From positions 320,001 through 384,000 of the forward strand of contig OZ250186.1 of assembly GCA_965238275.1 (NCBI GenBank): DNA of 64,000 nucleotides, written 5' to 3'. The DNA comes from Nitrosopumilus sp. (GTDB taxonomy: Archaea > Thermoproteota > Nitrososphaeria > Nitrososphaerales > Nitrosopumilaceae). Shown in pieces: positions 59,694-64,000 of this stretch (position 1 is the first letter of the stretch; each line of letters begins with the position of its first letter). The position numbers were made by a program, and so were the translations under genes. A model generated the notes under the pieces. It ran no database searches. It was not told the origin of the DNA and saw nothing but the letters and a program-made list of their open reading frames with translations.

Positions 59694-61853
59694 CTACCTG
59701 ATCCTCCTCTTCAGTTCGGACTTTATTTTGTTTGCAAGTGCGGGCCCTATCTTGTCGACTTCTGCAAGCCTCCTTGGGGTGACCCCGGAGAGATCCTCGA
59801 GGGTCCTGATCCCGCTCTTGTATAGCGCCCTTGCCCTCACCCTGCCTATCCCCTTTATGCGCACAAGGCCCACAAGCTCCTCGCCGATTCCGTTGACCAC
59901 CCGGGTTCTCAGCGTGTTAATCTCCTCAAGCAGCTCGGTCCGGTCTGCAATCTTTGAGATCTCGCCCAGGCAGTAGAGGAGCCGGTCTGCGTTCTCGACT
60001 AGCCTGTGCATGTCGCCTGACTCGACTCCCAGGGTGTCAGATATGGCAAGCTCGGAGGACTCTGATATCCACGAATGGAGTGCAAGCAGGCTCCGGGACG
60101 CGTAATGGGCAGCGGCGGCGGCGGCGGCGGCAGCAGCAGCAGGCACGGACCCCAGCATCTGTTCTGGATGGCTTTCAACTAGTGCCTGTGCCAGGTCGTG
60201 ATCCCTGACCCTAAGTGCGAACTTTGGATAAAACTCCTCGCATTCGGTCACCAGGTGCAGGAACCCAAGCGTGTGCGTTCCCGGGGTCGCGTCCCTTGCA
60301 GCCTCAAGGAGGGTCGTGGCAGTCACTGGATCAAGGTACAGCAGGGACGTCCTTCTTCCCAGCCTGGTTGCAGCATACCTGCCGCCCTTTTGCACTATCA
60401 TGGAGTTGCCCGTGAGGAGCCGCAGCGATATGTTCACGCCGAACTTGACAGAGGACGTGCGGGACTGCTGCCCCCCCAGCGTCTCCAGGAAAAAGTCCAA
60501 AATGTCCTCTTTTTTTATTCCTGGGTTTGTGACGATTACGCTGAGCGTGTGTATTCTCAGGGACCGGTCATCCATTATCTGGGACTCGATCGGTTCAGGC
60601 TCCCCGTTAACATAGTACTCCATGAGATCCCCGTACGTGTCAGTCTCAATCACTATGGACTCCCCGTACTCGTCGTACTGGGGCCGTCCGGCCCTCCCGC
60701 ACAGCTGCTTGTACTCCAGCACGCTGATTGGCGCGTTCACGCCTGCCCTGGCGTCATACCTGCTGACGCTTGATATCACCACCCTCCTTGCAGGCAGGTT
60801 GACTCCTGCAGCAAGAGTGGGAGTCGACGAGAGCAGCTTGATTGTCCCCCTGCGGAACTCGTCTTCGATCGTCTCCCTGCAGTTCTGGTTCAGTCCGGCG
60901 TGATGGAATGCAACGCCCTTTTTGACCAGCGCGGCAAGCGTCGTTACCAGTTCGGTGTGCTCATTCCTTGACATGATGTCGCCGGAGACCTTCTCAAGCC
61001 TGCCTGCGTCTGCTGCCTTGAGGGTGCCTGATATCGCGTCTGCTGCCTTTGTCGCAAGGGATTTTGAGCGGACGCGGGTCGATGCAAATATCAGGGACTG
61101 CCCCCCGTCAAGCACCGACTGCACGCCAAGGTCCACGGGCGTCCCCCGCACGCTGTGCGGAACCTCAAAGGTGCGGCCGTCATTCATTGTGACCACCCCC
61201 CCGCTGTACACCCCCTCAGACAGCGGGACCGGCCTCCAGCTGTTCTGGACCAGCTTGCACCCCAGCCACCTTGCTATCTCCTCTGAGTTGGTAACAGTGG
61301 CGCTCAGGCCCACTATCTGGGGTTTGGTGTTCAGCCGCCTGAGCTGCGTGAGGGTCATCTCAAGGGCCGGACCCCTTCCCCGGTCCCCTATCAGGTGCAC
61401 CTCGTCAGATATCACCAGCCCTATGTCCTCAAGCCAGTCCTCGCCGCGCCTTATTATGGAGTCCATCTTTTCGTTGGTCAGGACCAGCACGTCGTTCTTG
61501 TCCAGGTTTCGGCGGGAGCCCTCATAGTCCCCGGTGTCCATCCCCACCCGGATGCTCCTCCTCTCAAGGGCGACGTTCTGGAGTTCCCTAAACTCTGCAA
61601 ACTTTTCTGCTGCAAGGGCGCGCAGCGGACTGAGGTATACCACCTTCCCGCCGTTCCCGGAGAGGTATCCCAGCATCGCAATCATTGCAATCAGGGTCTT
61701 TCCGCTTGCCGTGGGCGCAGACACCAGGATGCTCTCCCCCTCAAGCAGGCCGGCCTTTACGCTTGCCGCCTGCGGCGGGTACAGCTCCTCAAACCCCTGC
61801 GACACGAGAAACTCGATTGCGGGGTTGGGAAGTTTCAGGTTTTCTATTTTCAT
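59694..61853 (-). CDS. hel308: Hel308/Ski2-like DNA helicase
   Basis: PTASGKT, DEVH, LSAT, FHHAGL, TLAAGVNLP, GRAGRPQYD, C-terminal HhH. Confidence 0.93.
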   Translation of the reverse strand: MKIENLKLPNPAIEFLVSQGFEELYPPQAASVKAGLLEGESILVSAPTASGKTLIAMIAMLGYLSGNGGKVVYLSPLRALAAEKFAEFRELQNVALERRSIRVGMDTGDYEGSRRNLDKNDVLVLTNEKMDSIIRRGEDWLEDIGLVISDEVHLIGDRGRGPALEMTLTQLRRLNTKPQIVGLSATVTNSEEIARWLGCKLVQNSWRPVPLSEGVYSGGVVTMNDGRTFEVPHSVRGTPVDLGVQSVLDGGQSLIFASTRVRSKSLATKAADAISGTLKAADAGRLEKVSGDIMSRNEHTELVTTLAALVKKGVAFHHAGLNQNCRETIEDEFRRGTIKLLSSTPTLAAGVNLPARRVVISSVSRYDARAGVNAPISVLEYKQLCGRAGRPQYDEYGESIVIETDTYGDLMEYYVNGEPEPIESQIMDDRSLRIHTLSVIVTNPGIKKEDILDFFLETLGGQQSRTSSVKFGVNISLRLLTGNSMIVQKGGRYAATRLGRRTSLLYLDPVTATTLLEAARDATPGTHTLGFLHLVTECEEFYPKFALRVRDHDLAQALVESHPEQMLGSVPAAAAAAAAAAAHYASRSLLALHSWISESSELAISDTLGVESGDMHRLVENADRLLYCLGEISKIADRTELLEEINTLRTRVVNGIGEELVGLVRIKGIGRVRARALYKSGIRTLEDLSGVTPRRLAEVDKIGPALANKIKSELKRRIR

Positions 61854-63937
61854 ACCCGGTTATAGTGGCCTGGCCTTGATTCATAAATAGATGCTTCCCT
61901 TTGCATCCTTTTGATGAACTCCCTTGCCTCGTCGTCGGTAAACTTTTCAGTCTTTCCAAGCTCCTTGACAAGCGTCTTCTCCTCCACAGGTATCTTGTTG
62001 TCGCCCTCTAGCGACTTTAGCACGTCCATGAACAGCCGCATCCGGGATACCTCGCTTCTTGGCTTTCCCTGCAAGACGCCCAAGTCCACCTTGCCGGTGT
62101 TGACGTCCACGCCTGCATCCTGCAGCATGCTCTGAATCAGGAATATGGCGCGCTCTGCGTCCTCCCCCTCTACTGTGTCCTTCATCAGCAGCCTGGCCCT
62201 TGCCGTGGAGAGCCTGATTATTCCCTCCAGCTGCCTCGGGGTTACTGTGATCATCTCTTCTGATTCCACGTTCCTCATCTGAAGGTAGTAGTCCAGTATC
62301 TTCGCCTCTGCCTCCTTTGTCAGGCTGGGCGCAGAGCGCTTTGCATACGAGAGGTATTTCGTGAGCGTATCCACGTCAATCACAGAGCGCCTGTCTGTTC
62401 CCTTGGGGGTGTGCAGATCTATGATGTGCCTTGCAATCACCTCGTCCCTCTCCCGTGTGGGTATGTCCCTTACGACAAATATCAGGTCAAAACGCGTCAG
62501 AAGCGGGATCGGCAGGTTGACGTTTTCTGTAATGTTCTTGAAGGGATCGTACTTGCCGTACATCGGGTTGGCCGCAGCCAGGATGGATGTTCTTGCGTTG
62601 AGCGTGGCCACGATTCCCCCCTTTGCTATGCTTGCAGACTGCTGCTCCATGACCTCGTGCAGCGCGCTTCTGTCCTCGGGTTTCATCTTGTCAAACTCGT
62701 CGATGCTGACCAGCCCCTGATCGCCGAGCACGACGGCGCCTGCCTCAAGCATCATGATTCCGGTCTTGTCCCGGACTACGGCAGCTGTCAGGCCCGCCGC
62801 AGTGGAGCCCCTGCCGGACGTGTACAGGCCGCGCGGGGCGATCCTTGAGCAGAACTTTAGCATCTCGCTCTTTGCGGTTCCCGGATCCCCCACCAGAAAC
62901 ACGTTGATGTCGCCCCGAATCTTGCTTCCGTCCACCAGCAGCCTCTGGTTGGAGCCTACGATCAGCAGCAGTATGGCCTCTTTTATCAGCGACTGGCCCT
63001 GGATGTGCGGCGCAAACGAGTCTATCAGCCTCTGGTATACGTCCGGACTCTGGGCCAGTGCCCTGATCATCTTCTCCTCCTCCGGGGAGATCTCCTCCCT
63101 CTCAATCTTGCGCGAGGTCTTTGTGCCCTGGCCGCCCAGAAACTCTACGTTGTTTCCCTCGATCCTCAGCCGGTAAAGTCCGCTGTGTCCCCTCTGGACT
63201 CCTGCCACGGACTCCTGCTCTACCCGGACCAGCCCGGTAAGAATTATCCTGTCTCCCGGCCTTGCGCTGTTCACCAGATCCTGTTTGATTGAGACGTCGA
63301 TGTAGTGGGGCAGCTGTCCTGGCGGCAGATCCTCTGGAAGCTCCTGCAGTCTGAGAATCTGAAAGTCGATAAACCTGCTCTCCTCGGGCTTTAGCTCAAA
63401 CTCGCGGTGCTTGCACTCTGTATTGCTGCACCTCACGGGGGTCGAGACGTCCATTCCCTTTATCCGGATCACCCTGTTGGGGTGTCCGTCAGGACAGGCA
63501 AAGAGCAGCTCCTTGGCAAGCGGCTTTACCTCAGAGGCCCTTACCACCATTCCAGACACGCTGGTTATGGTCCCTATGGTCTCTGCATTGATCTGCCGCA
63601 GGCTCCGTTCCAGCGGGTAGTTGACTATTCTGACGCGGATCTCGTCTTTGATCTTCTCGGCATACTCGGGGAATCTCGTCTGGAGGGCCTCCTTGATTGC
63701 GTTTGAAAACGTCTCAAGGATGCGGTCAGGGTTCTCCGTAAACATGGCCTCGATCTCAGGCTGTGTCACCAGGTCGTTATAGTCCACGATGATATACTTT
63801 GTATTCCTTGGCATCATCTGGTCTATTGCATCCAGGTACCGGTATGCGCCGTCCCTGTTTTTGAACCTGACAAGAAACTGCTTTACCAGATCAGACAGCG
63901 CAGAGTCGCTAAACGTCCTGACCTGCGTCTCACTCAT
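61850..63937 (-). CDS. mcm: MCM replicative helicase
   Basis: GDPGTAKS, IDEFDKM, LLTRFD, Zn finger; ATG start at 63937. Confidence 0.97.
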   Translation of the reverse strand: MSETQVRTFSDSALSDLVKQFLVRFKNRDGAYRYLDAIDQMMPRNTKYIIVDYNDLVTQPEIEAMFTENPDRILETFSNAIKEALQTRFPEYAEKIKDEIRVRIVNYPLERSLRQINAETIGTITSVSGMVVRASEVKPLAKELLFACPDGHPNRVIRIKGMDVSTPVRCSNTECKHREFELKPEESRFIDFQILRLQELPEDLPPGQLPHYIDVSIKQDLVNSARPGDRIILTGLVRVEQESVAGVQRGHSGLYRLRIEGNNVEFLGGQGTKTSRKIEREEISPEEEKMIRALAQSPDVYQRLIDSFAPHIQGQSLIKEAILLLIVGSNQRLLVDGSKIRGDINVFLVGDPGTAKSEMLKFCSRIAPRGLYTSGRGSTAAGLTAAVVRDKTGIMMLEAGAVVLGDQGLVSIDEFDKMKPEDRSALHEVMEQQSASIAKGGIVATLNARTSILAAANPMYGKYDPFKNITENVNLPIPLLTRFDLIFVVRDIPTRERDEVIARHIIDLHTPKGTDRRSVIDVDTLTKYLSYAKRSAPSLTKEAEAKILDYYLQMRNVESEEMITVTPRQLEGIIRLSTARARLLMKDTVEGEDAERAIFLIQSMLQDAGVDVNTGKVDLGVLQGKPRSEVSRMRLFMDVLKSLEGDNKIPVEEKTLVKELGKTEKFTDDEAREFIKRMQREASIYESRPGHYNRV

Positions 63938-64000
63938 GGGCCACATCCATTATCTGTGCCTCAAGGGCCTGACTGTTCTCATAGATGGTCTTGTAAAAGA
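63930..64000 (-). CDS. C-terminal end of upstream gene (probably GINS), truncated by window
   Basis: Open frame FYKTIYENSQALEAQIMDVAHE* overlapping the mcm start; identity from usual gins-mcm synteny only. Confidence 0.45.
   Translation of the reverse strand, partial: FYKTIYENSQALEAQIMDVAHE

Overview
Archaeal chromosome segment. The flanking genes (Alba, MCM, Hel308, AglH/MraY-family, Trm112, FNR) look like Nitrososphaerota/Nitrosopumilaceae; this is inferred from sequence style, not a search. Between a HEAT-repeat gene (ends 964) and a tRNA-Ala(GGC) gene (52582-52655, minus strand) lies a ~51.6 kb composite defence island. Six same-orientation, variably degraded copies of an att-like junction punctuate it (tRNA 3'-end core plus a conserved TTTTTAGGTTCC arm). 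Tyrosine-integrase remnants adjoin two of these junctions and the tRNA, suggesting serial integration at one tRNA. Cargo: a SWIM-SNF2 pair, a frameshifted AbiE-like pair, two RelE-type TA pairs, dndBCDEA + extra PUA/EVE-like-HNH + pbeABCD-like phosphorothioation system, a tandem pair of Myb/SANT-like repeat-array HNH nucleases, an IS-inactivated type III CBASS, and an unusual GHKL(MORC-like)-AbiEi fusion paired with an AbiEii-like nucleotidyltransferase. The window holds eleven IS elements from four groups (one nested, one just outside the island) plus one remnant. All assignments are by eye from motifs; no searches were run.
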